Positions 17,867 to 25,813 of a stretch of DNA of 32,191 bases are shown here, in pieces. The stretch's first letter is position 1; the number at the start of each line of letters is the position of its first letter. This stretch comes from a virus (lineage: Duplodnaviria > Caudoviricetes). The DNA lies in the IMG/VR virus record IMGVR_UViG_3300010005_000043, positions 1-32,191 of that record. One strand, written 5' to 3'. The position numbers were made by a program, and so were the translations under genes. Below the pieces are notes generated by a model. That model made no database searches, was not told the DNA's origin, and was given only the letters and a program-made list of their open reading frames with translations.

Positions 17867-18072
17867 AACGAAAAGAAGACCCGTTCCCGTGGCGAGACTG
17901 GATGCGGATTGGCTTCGGCGGGCTGCAATGGCGGCCTGCTGACTTCTGGGGATCGACGCTCACCGAGTTCTTTCAGGCCATCCACGGCCGGAACGAGGCG
18001 AATGGCGCGGAAGACAAGCCGAAGGCACCGACCAAGGGCGAGATGGCGGAGTTGTTGGCGGGGTATGGTTAG
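17833..18072 (+). CDS. Tail assembly chaperone T extension reached by -1 frameshift (G-T fusion)
   Basis: G GGA AAC heptamer at 17833-17839; -1 frame open to TAG 18070-18072: ...PFPWRDWMRIGFGGLQWRPADFWGSTLTEF... Confidence 0.8.
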   Translation, partial: GKRGSRRKGGIKRKEDPFPWRDWMRIGFGGLQWRPADFWGSTLTEFFQAIHGRNEANGAEDKPKAPTKGEMAELLAGYG

Positions 18073-18296
18073 CGATGGCGAGCGGTAGCTGCGTCTAGGT
18101 CGCTATCCACGACGGCGCCAGCCATAAGGCAGCGTAGCAAATCCTCTCGCTCGTCAGAATCCACGCGATTTGCCGCAATATCATCGATATGCCGCAGGCA
18201 ATTCTCGCGATTGATTGCCATTTTCTCTGTGTCAGCCGCTGAGCCGCTGGCGACCATCAAGGCAACCGCGACAGATATAAACGCCATCCTCTTCAC
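18069..18296 (-). CDS. Small exported protein (moron)
   Basis: GTG after GGAGG; signal-peptide-like MKRMAFISVAVALMVASGSAA; two Cys. Confidence 0.7.
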   Translation of the reverse strand: MKRMAFISVAVALMVASGSAADTEKMAINRENCLRHIDDIAANRVDSDEREDLLRCLMAGAVVDSDLDAATARHR

Positions 18297-18351
18297 GTCC
18301 GCCTCCAAAGCCCGCCTCGCGCGGGCTTCTCTATTTTAGGATGAACCCGCC

Positions 18352-21330
18352 TTGGCTGACAACTCCACCGACGACATGATTATCGCCATTGGCGTTGACG
18401 TGGCGACAATCCGGCGCGGGCTGAAAAAGCTGGAGCAGGAAGTCGCTTCGTCCACCGGCAAGGTCCAGAAGCAATTCGAGACCGTCGGTCGTGGCATCGA
18501 CAACGCCATGACGAGTGCGATGCAGAACCGCATCAACGCCATGGTGGGTATTGGCACCAAGGGCGCCAAGGAATGGACTGGGGCTCTCGCCGACCAGGGC
18601 AAGGAACTTGAGCGACTTCGCGCCAAGTACAGCCCGCTTTTCAATACGATCAATAGTTATAAGGCATCTCAGGCGGACATTCGCCGCGCTCATGCGCTTG
18701 GCGCCATTTCAGCCGATGAGATGACGAGCGCGCTGTCGCGAGAGCGGCAGGAGGCCCTGAAGTCCATTGCGGCCATAAAGGCGCGCAATGCCGCGCTATC
18801 CGATACGCCGAACGGCAGCCTGGCGCGCGGTTTTCAGACTTCGAACATCGCCGCGCAGTTCCAGGACATCGCTGTAACCTCTGCGATGGGCATGAGCCCG
18901 TTGCAGATTGCGCTCCAGCAGGGCACTCAACTTTCTGCCGTGTTCAACCAGATGGGGTCCGGCAAGCAGGTCGTGGCCGGCCTCGGAGCGGCATTCGCTT
19001 CAATCGTGAATCCTATCTCGCTCGTGACGATCGGCCTGATCGCGGGCGGCGCCGCGGCAATTCAATATTTCTCCACGATGGAGTGGGGCGGCGCCAAATC
19101 AGAGGAAACTCTGAAGAAGGAAGCCGAGCTCGTTGCGGCTGTTGCCAGCAAGTGGGGCGAGGCGCTGCCCGCCCTGAAGGCTTACAACGACGAGCGTCAG
19201 CGGATCGCTGGCGACCAAGAGCTTCAAGAGGCTCTAAACATCGGCAAGAGCGCTCAGTGGGATGACCTCCGCAAGGCGCTTGGTGATGTTGATATCACCA
19301 TTGCGGATATCGTGTCTCGCATTGCTCAGATGGGCGAGGATACTGGCGCGATTTCGTCGCTTCAGTCCACGTTCAACGAGCTTACGAAGGGCATTGACGA
19401 CGGAACGGCATCAACCGCTCTGGCGCAGCGCGCTCAAAAGGAACTGGCGGACGTTGTCAAGAATAACGCAACGCCAGAACTCGAAGCGCTGCTCAAGATA
19501 TTCCAGGATCTGATACCGGCAATTGACGGTGCGTCTCGCGCAGCACAGCGCTTTGATTTGGACGATGCTATTGCGCGGACCTCCCGCTATCCAAGCCGCG
19601 GCACCTACGGCGGTGTGACGCGGAACGCTGACGGCACACCGCAAGGTGAGGGGACGTCGCTGCCGTTCAATGGCCCGACGTCAGAGAGCCGCCCGCTTAT
19701 CGAACTGGACGGCTTGCCAGGCGCAGACAAGGCCGGCAAAAAAGCCGAAACAGCCGCGCAAAAGGCGGCAAACGCTTACCGTGACCTGATCAAGTCGGCC
19801 GACGACCGTATCGGCCAGTTGCGCCTTGAGACCGAGCTAACCGGCCAGTATGGCGTTGCGACGGATGCCGCACGTTTCCGGCTGGAGCTTTTGCAGCAGT
19901 CCGAGGACAAGGGACGGTCGCTCAGCCCGACGCAACGGGCGGAAATCGAGCAGAAGGTTGCGCTATACGAGAAATACTCGCAGGCGTTGGCTGAAACCAA
20001 GCTTCAGCAGGACTTGCTGAACACGGCTCGCTTCAATACGCTATCGCCTACTGACCAAAAGGTCACTACGACGCTTCGGCAGTACGGTCTTCCGGAAGAT
20101 CTAGGCAGCAAGAACGCCCAGTCGATCCGGCAGTCGCTGCAGGAGCAGGAAATTGCCGACGGCTTTAAATCGTTCGCGATGCAGTTCTCAACCGGGCTGA
20201 TCTCGGAAGGAAAGAGTCTCGGCGAAGCGTTTGGCGATGCAGTGAAGTCTGCCGCTGCCAGCGCGATGCAGAAATCGCTGGAAAGCCTGTTCTCGCAGAT
20301 TGGCAACGCGCTCGCTTCGGCCCTAATGCCCAAGTTGGGTGGCGGTGCTAGCGGTTCAGCTTTCTCTGCGACTACGACGCTCGGTGACTTGCTAGGCGCT
20401 GGTGCCGCTCCTGTCGGTGCAGTGTCCCGATCGGCGTTGCCGGCTGCTCTGCCTACGGGCGATATCGCCTCCTACATCACGCAGGCGGCGATCAAGCGCG
20501 GTATTGATCCGAGTATCGCCCTCAAGGTTGCAAAGTCGGAAGGCGGCCTGGATAGCTGGAACCTGCAATCCAACTTCGTCAAGAATGGCGTTCGTGAACC
20601 GTCATACGGGCCGTATCAGCTTTATATGGGCGGCGGCTTGGGGAATGCCTTCCAGAAGCAGACGGGCCTAGATCCGCGTCTTGCGGCGAACGGACCTGCG
20701 GGAGTTGATTTCGCACTAGACAACGCCAAGAAGAGCGGTTGGGGTGCCTGGTACGGCGCCGCGAAAGTGGGCGTCGGCAACTGGGACGGCATCGGTAAGG
20801 GCGCAAACACGGCGACCGCTGCGCTCGAGAAGATGGCGGCGGCATCGACGGAAACGACCAAGGGGCTTGGTGGTCTCGCCAACAGTCTGGCATCCGGTCT
20901 CGGCGGTGCAGGCGGTGGCTTTGACTGGGGCTCTCTGTTCTCGTCGTCATTCAAGCCGAACACAACGCTCTCGAACTTCCTGGGTGGCATTCCGGGTTTT
21001 GATGGCGGTGGCAACACCGGCATGGGCGCCCGATCCGGCGGCCTCGACGGCAAGGGTGGCTTCCTGGCGCTTATGCACCCACGGGAGACCGTGACCGACC
21101 ACACGAAGGTCAACGCCCCCCGCGCACCACGCCTAGCCGCCGCCAACTCGAACCGCATGGTCCGCAACGAAACGTCGCTGACCGTTCAAATTCAGGGCGC
21201 CAGCGGCGACGACCATGTCCGCATGCTTGTGAACCAAGGCGTGCAGACGGCGCTTCGTGATCAGAACGAGCACATGCGCCGGCAGGGCTTCGGAAACATA
21301 CAGCAAGCGTACACCACTGACAGGGGGTAG
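18352..21330 (+). CDS. Tail tape measure protein with internal lysozyme-like domain
   Basis: NIAAQFQDIAV...PLQIALQQGTQL motif, long helical Ala-rich body, C-terminal FDGGGNTG...MHPRETV. Confidence 0.9.
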   Translation: MADNSTDDMIIAIGVDVATIRRGLKKLEQEVASSTGKVQKQFETVGRGIDNAMTSAMQNRINAMVGIGTKGAKEWTGALADQGKELERLRAKYSPLFNTINSYKASQADIRRAHALGAISADEMTSALSRERQEALKSIAAIKARNAALSDTPNGSLARGFQTSNIAAQFQDIAVTSAMGMSPLQIALQQGTQLSAVFNQMGSGKQVVAGLGAAFASIVNPISLVTIGLIAGGAAAIQYFSTMEWGGAKSEETLKKEAELVAAVASKWGEALPALKAYNDERQRIAGDQELQEALNIGKSAQWDDLRKALGDVDITIADIVSRIAQMGEDTGAISSLQSTFNELTKGIDDGTASTALAQRAQKELADVVKNNATPELEALLKIFQDLIPAIDGASRAAQRFDLDDAIARTSRYPSRGTYGGVTRNADGTPQGEGTSLPFNGPTSESRPLIELDGLPGADKAGKKAETAAQKAANAYRDLIKSADDRIGQLRLETELTGQYGVATDAARFRLELLQQSEDKGRSLSPTQRAEIEQKVALYEKYSQALAETKLQQDLLNTARFNTLSPTDQKVTTTLRQYGLPEDLGSKNAQSIRQSLQEQEIADGFKSFAMQFSTGLISEGKSLGEAFGDAVKSAAASAMQKSLESLFSQIGNALASALMPKLGGGASGSAFSATTTLGDLLGAGAAPVGAVSRSALPAALPTGDIASYITQAAIKRGIDPSIALKVAKSEGGLDSWNLQSNFVKNGVREPSYGPYQLYMGGGLGNAFQKQTGLDPRLAANGPAGVDFALDNAKKSGWGAWYGAAKVGVGNWDGIGKGANTATAALEKMAAASTETTKGLGGLANSLASGLGGAGGGFDWGSLFSSSFKPNTTLSNFLGGIPGFDGGGNTGMGARSGGLDGKGGFLALMHPRETVTDHTKVNAPRAPRLAAANSNRMVRNETSLTVQIQGASGDDHVRMLVNQGVQTALRDQNEHMRRQGFGNIQQAYTTDRG

Positions 21331-21333
21331 CCC

Positions 21334-22056
21334 ATGGCTCTCATCGGCTTGCCGACTGTTTTTATCGACTTCTTGGCACCTGAAAAGGTGCAGGTCGACC
21401 CAAAGGGCGGCGCTCAAGAGGGTGGCCGCCCGCTGGTTGGGGAGCCTGCCGCAGCGGACATATCCGGCGGCGGCTTCCTGACGGCATCCTATGACGGATG
21501 CAAGATTACCACCGAGGAACAGCACGAATATGTGAACTACCTCGGTGCCCGCCTGAACGGCAGCTTCCGGAACGTCAATGTTCCGATCCCCACCGACTGG
21601 TGGGGCCCGTTCCCGAAGATTGGCGGAATTCGCGCGCCGTATGTGACGGGCATTCCGCACTCCGATGGATCGACGTTTAGCGATGGCTCCGGCTACAGCC
21701 AGGCAACCGTGTCGGGCACCGTGACGTCGAGTGCTGCTTTGCGTGCCGGCGTAATCACGCTGACCACGACCGGGATGAGCCGGCGCCTTCGTCACAGCGA
21801 TTGGTTCTCGATCTATCACCCGACCAAGGGGTGGCGAGCATACCGCTACTGGGAGGTCATTTCGGCACCTTCCGGCACAAATGGGTCTTACACGCTCGCC
21901 ATTTCCCCGCCTTTGCGTGAGGCGGTAACGGCCGGCACGCGCGTGGAGTTCGCCCGTCCGCGTTTTGTCGGGCGGTTCCCGTCGGACTTCACGCTGCCTT
22001 CCATCACGGAGGCATTCTTCGTGACCAAGCAAGATATTCGGTTCGTGGAGGCATAG
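21334..22056 (+). CDS. Putative distal tail protein
   Basis: Directly after tape measure; ISPPLREAVTAGTRVEF motif. Confidence 0.6.
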   Translation: MALIGLPTVFIDFLAPEKVQVDPKGGAQEGGRPLVGEPAAADISGGGFLTASYDGCKITTEEQHEYVNYLGARLNGSFRNVNVPIPTDWWGPFPKIGGIRAPYVTGIPHSDGSTFSDGSGYSQATVSGTVTSSAALRAGVITLTTTGMSRRLRHSDWFSIYHPTKGWRAYRYWEVISAPSGTNGSYTLAISPPLREAVTAGTRVEFARPRFVGRFPSDFTLPSITEAFFVTKQDIRFVEA

Positions 22057-22134
22057 CCGCCGGGCCGGCCAAAATGACCGCCATTTGCATCCAATTTCCG
22101 GCCCCTCGCGGCCTTTTTCATTACTGGAGGCCTG

Positions 22135-22734
22135 ATGGATTGGGTTCCCTCCAATGTCGTCGACGCGCTCGCGTCTAGTCACCAACTCGGCATTTTCACC
22201 CACATCGCTACAGTCCCTCCTCTCCGCGTCTGGTTCGGCGTCGAAGATATCCCGATCACGATCGAGAGTGTGGACGAGGGTGGCGCAATCTACCAGGGCG
22301 GCGGCAGGCTTATCGGTCTCCCGACGCTCGAGGTGCTGGTGAACGGCACGGCTGATGCTGTCGAATTCACCATGTCGGGTATCGATCCGGCGACCGGCGC
22401 CGCTCTAATCAGCAGCATTCCGCCAGTGCGTGGCGCTGACGTCTATGTCGGCATTACCACGCTAGACGACTACTACCAGCCGATGAGCCAGATCATCCCG
22501 CTGTGGCGGGGCACGGCCTCACACACGACGGAGGCCAGCCCGACGGTAGTTGGACAGCAGAACCGCACCACAACGCTTGGACTGTCGATTACTTCCGGCG
22601 GCGAAACCAGAAGCCGCCCGTCGCGGTCGCTGTGGTCTGCCGCTCAGCAAAAGGCGCTCTCGCCGACAGACAGGTTTTGCGACAACACCTCGCGCATGGC
22701 GCGAATGGTTCAGCCGGTTTGGCCAAACTACTGA
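22135..22734 (+). CDS. Putative minor tail/tail-tip protein
   Basis: GGAGG RBS; synteny; DRFCD...PVWP C-terminus. Confidence 0.6.
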   Translation: MDWVPSNVVDALASSHQLGIFTHIATVPPLRVWFGVEDIPITIESVDEGGAIYQGGGRLIGLPTLEVLVNGTADAVEFTMSGIDPATGAALISSIPPVRGADVYVGITTLDDYYQPMSQIIPLWRGTASHTTEASPTVVGQQNRTTTLGLSITSGGETRSRPSRSLWSAAQQKALSPTDRFCDNTSRMARMVQPVWPNY

Positions 22735-22749
22735 TCGTCAGGGGCATCC

Positions 22750-23166
22750 ATGGACATCAAGGGCTTTTTGAGCCTGCCGCATCGTTTTCGATGGGGCGGG
22801 GTAGGCGGCGACGACTGCATGACCTTCTGCGCAACATGGGCTCTGCGCGTGATCGGCGTTGATCCCGCAGCTGAGTTGCGTGGCGCATACCGCACAAAAG
22901 ACGAAGCCCACGCCATTCTGCACGCCGCGGGCGGCCCGCTTGCCTTCATGGACGGTCGCTTGGAGCCGATTGGCTGCCAGCGCGTCGACACTCCACAAGA
23001 CGGTGATATCGGCCTCGTGCGGATGCTTGCTGGCGATACCTACGACGAGGTCCGCCTGACTGAGGTTGGCGCCGTTCGCTTCGGCCCGCTCTGGGCATCG
23101 ATCTCCCCGCGCGGAGTCGTGGCCTGCCGCGCCGAGGCAGTGGCCATCTGGAGATTGCCGACATGA
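22750..23166 (+). CDS. NlpC/P60-like tail tip assembly protein (DUF6950-like)
   Basis: FRWGG...DDCMTF...W and PQDGDIG motifs. Confidence 0.7.
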   Translation: MDIKGFLSLPHRFRWGGVGGDDCMTFCATWALRVIGVDPAAELRGAYRTKDEAHAILHAAGGPLAFMDGRLEPIGCQRVDTPQDGDIGLVRMLAGDTYDEVRLTEVGAVRFGPLWASISPRGVVACRAEAVAIWRLPT

Positions 23167-25751
23167 GGACAAGGTACATCCCGAACGGGCTGGATCTGGC
23201 GAATACAACTTCTCTTTATGGCCCTCTTGCATTCGACCCGATTTTTACTCCGATTTTTATCGGTGCCGGCCTCACCGGGTCCATATCGTTTGGCGCCTTT
23301 ACTATTTCAACAGCCGCTATTGCATCCGCAATCGCCACAACGGCGCTGTCGATCGGTCTGCAGTATCTGCTGGCGCCGAAGCCGCCAAAGCCGGACGACG
23401 GCAAGCAGCCGATGACGCAGGCAATTCCCTACCGCCATTGGGTGGTTGGGCGTCGCCGTGTTGCTGGCGCATACATGCTTTGGGATTCGAAGGGCAAATA
23501 CCTTTACGCCGTGCAAGCTATTGCCGGCCACAAGATCAGTTCCATCAACCGCTACTGGCTGCACGACGACGAGGTAACGCTCGACGTAGATAGTAACGTC
23601 GAGGCTTTGGCCGACGGCCGCTACAAGAGCAACATGGTGCAGGTCTATTCGCGCCTCGGCCTGGCCACCGAAACTGCTTATGCGCCTCTGGTTGACGCGT
23701 TGTCCGCGGATGACGTGTGGACGGAAAACCATCGCGGCGACGGGCAGGCGTCTATTGCCCTGGTCGCGAAGACACCGGTCGCGAAATACTACACTGAGCG
23801 CTTTCCATATGGCGCCCCGCGGCTCTCTGTGGAGGTCGATGGCGCATTCGTCTGGGATTACCGGATCGACGAAGACCCGTCCAATCCGGCGTCCTGGGTG
23901 TTTTCGCGCAATGCCGCGCTCATCATGGCGTGGCATCAGTGCTTCAACGAATTCGGGCACAAGCGCGACTACACCAAGGCAATCCTCCCGGTCATCGACA
24001 TGTGGAAGGCCGAGGCGGACGTCTGCGACGAAGACGTCCCGCTGTCGGGTGGTGGTACGGAAAAGCGCTACCTCTGCGATGGTTTCGCCACTGCTGAGAA
24101 CGACCCAAAAGTCGGCACGAACGCCATTCTGGCGGCCTGCGACGGGTGGATCTGCGAGCGCGGCGATGGTGCCTTGTTGTTCGTGGTCGGCAAATTCCGC
24201 GAGGAATACTGCACCACGCTGCGGGACAGGGACATCACAGGCTATCAGCTTCAGCATGACGTCCTGTTCAAGGACGAGTGCAACCGGCTGGTTCCTAAGT
24301 TCACCTATCCAGCTACGGATTACACCACCAGCGATACCGACTTTTTCGAGGATACGGACGCGCAATTACTGTCTGGTCGCGTCTTGGCCCAAGAGGCGGA
24401 CTACGGCTGGTGCACACAGTGGCGCCAGGCCCGCCGGCTCGGCATTCGTGACTGGCGGCGGTTCCAGCAGAAAAAGAAGGGCACGCTCGACGTGCGGCTT
24501 TGCGGCATCAACGCCGTGTATAGCCGGTGGATACGGATGGAGACGCCGCTTGGCCTCCCGTCGCTCCACGGTGCGATCATCGAAAACCGCCGGTCTGTCC
24601 TCGCTCTGACCAAGGGCGGGTACACGATGGATTTCATCCAGCACCCGGAGGACATCGACGACTGGACGCCGGCCACGGACGAGGGCGCTGCGCCGCCGGT
24701 CCCGCCGAAGCCGACGATTGCGGGAATTCCAACACCGGAAATCGACACAATCGAAGTCGTGCCAAAAAGCGGCGTTGTCTTCCTACGGATCTCTATCCCA
24801 GTTCCAGACGGCGATGAGGACGAGGTCGAAGATAAGTCTCTGTCCGTTCGCTACAGGCTGAAGGACGCTGGACTGGGGTCTCCAGGCGAGTGGGTTGAGC
24901 AAATCTTCCACGAGCCGGAAGTCGACGCTGGCGTCATGGTCGTTAGCACCGCTCCGGTCCCATCTGACGAACTGCTCGAGGTGGAGGCTGCATATGTTTC
25001 CGCGAAGGGTAAATATGGCCTCTGGTCTATCACCGAGGAAATCTTCACGACATCCGACCCGGTTGCTCCTCAGTCGCTTACAGCGTTTGCCGAGGTGGCT
25101 GGGACACACTATGGCGTAGCGCCATTCACGATAACGACGAAGAGCGACTCACACCTCGCACGAGTGGCGATCTACAGGACGACGGCCGGCGGAGTATTCA
25201 ATGCTACCACCGACCTTGTGAAGGAAATCGGCGTCGCGCCTGGCTCGACGTTCTCCTACACGCTTGGCGATGCGCCAGTTAATGCGCTGGCCAACGCAGA
25301 CTTCGCATCTGCGGCACCACCGCCAACGCTTGGAACCGGGTGGACCGTAAGCGCGGGGAAGGCAAATCACTCAGCTACATCAGGTGGTTCGCTAACGTGG
25401 GGTAGCCTAACGCTATCGGCCGGGAATGTGTGGAGATATGGGCTAACCATCGACAGCATTTCTGGCGTGAGCGCAAGCCTTACGCCGCGCCTGCTCGGTG
25501 GCACGACTGTGACAGGCACCGCTGAGACGACATCTGGATTCAAATCAGGCTTCCTGACTGCAGTTTCCGGTAACACCGCTTTCGCACCGATCGCGAATAC
25601 CAACGCTGTTATCCAGATAGACAATGTTTTTGGCTTTGTCGGCACGGCGGCCCAAGAGCCTCACGGCACATGGGATTACCGCGCAGCGCCTCTGAACCTC
25701 TCGGGCGTTGCAGGTCCGGTCTCTGGGCCGGTTACGATCACGGTCATATAG
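23163..25751 (+). CDS. Tail tip/central fibre (host-specificity J-like) protein
   Basis: 862 aa after NlpC-like gene; VGRRRVAG, FSRNAAL, WKAEADVCDE motifs; beta-rich C-terminus. Confidence 0.75.
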   Translation: MRTRYIPNGLDLANTTSLYGPLAFDPIFTPIFIGAGLTGSISFGAFTISTAAIASAIATTALSIGLQYLLAPKPPKPDDGKQPMTQAIPYRHWVVGRRRVAGAYMLWDSKGKYLYAVQAIAGHKISSINRYWLHDDEVTLDVDSNVEALADGRYKSNMVQVYSRLGLATETAYAPLVDALSADDVWTENHRGDGQASIALVAKTPVAKYYTERFPYGAPRLSVEVDGAFVWDYRIDEDPSNPASWVFSRNAALIMAWHQCFNEFGHKRDYTKAILPVIDMWKAEADVCDEDVPLSGGGTEKRYLCDGFATAENDPKVGTNAILAACDGWICERGDGALLFVVGKFREEYCTTLRDRDITGYQLQHDVLFKDECNRLVPKFTYPATDYTTSDTDFFEDTDAQLLSGRVLAQEADYGWCTQWRQARRLGIRDWRRFQQKKKGTLDVRLCGINAVYSRWIRMETPLGLPSLHGAIIENRRSVLALTKGGYTMDFIQHPEDIDDWTPATDEGAAPPVPPKPTIAGIPTPEIDTIEVVPKSGVVFLRISIPVPDGDEDEVEDKSLSVRYRLKDAGLGSPGEWVEQIFHEPEVDAGVMVVSTAPVPSDELLEVEAAYVSAKGKYGLWSITEEIFTTSDPVAPQSLTAFAEVAGTHYGVAPFTITTKSDSHLARVAIYRTTAGGVFNATTDLVKEIGVAPGSTFSYTLGDAPVNALANADFASAAPPPTLGTGWTVSAGKANHSATSGGSLTWGSLTLSAGNVWRYGLTIDSISGVSASLTPRLLGGTTVTGTAETTSGFKSGFLTAVSGNTAFAPIANTNAVIQIDNVFGFVGTAAQEPHGTWDYRAAPLNLSGVAGPVSGPVTITVI

Positions 25752-25774
25752 CCTCTTCACCTTCATTGTTTTGC

Positions 25775-25801
25775 AGCCCTGCCGAAAGGCGGGGCTTTTT
25801 A
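25775..25801 (+). terminator. Intrinsic terminator-like hairpin
   Basis: AGCCCTGCC-GAAA-GGCGGGGCT followed by TTTT. Confidence 0.7.
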
Positions 25802-25813
25802 TTGGAGCCTAGA

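Noticed and set aside
16562-18072. Gene transfer agent cluster
   Set aside because: Tail genes are RcGTA-like, but integrase, replication, HNH and lysis genes indicate a true prophage
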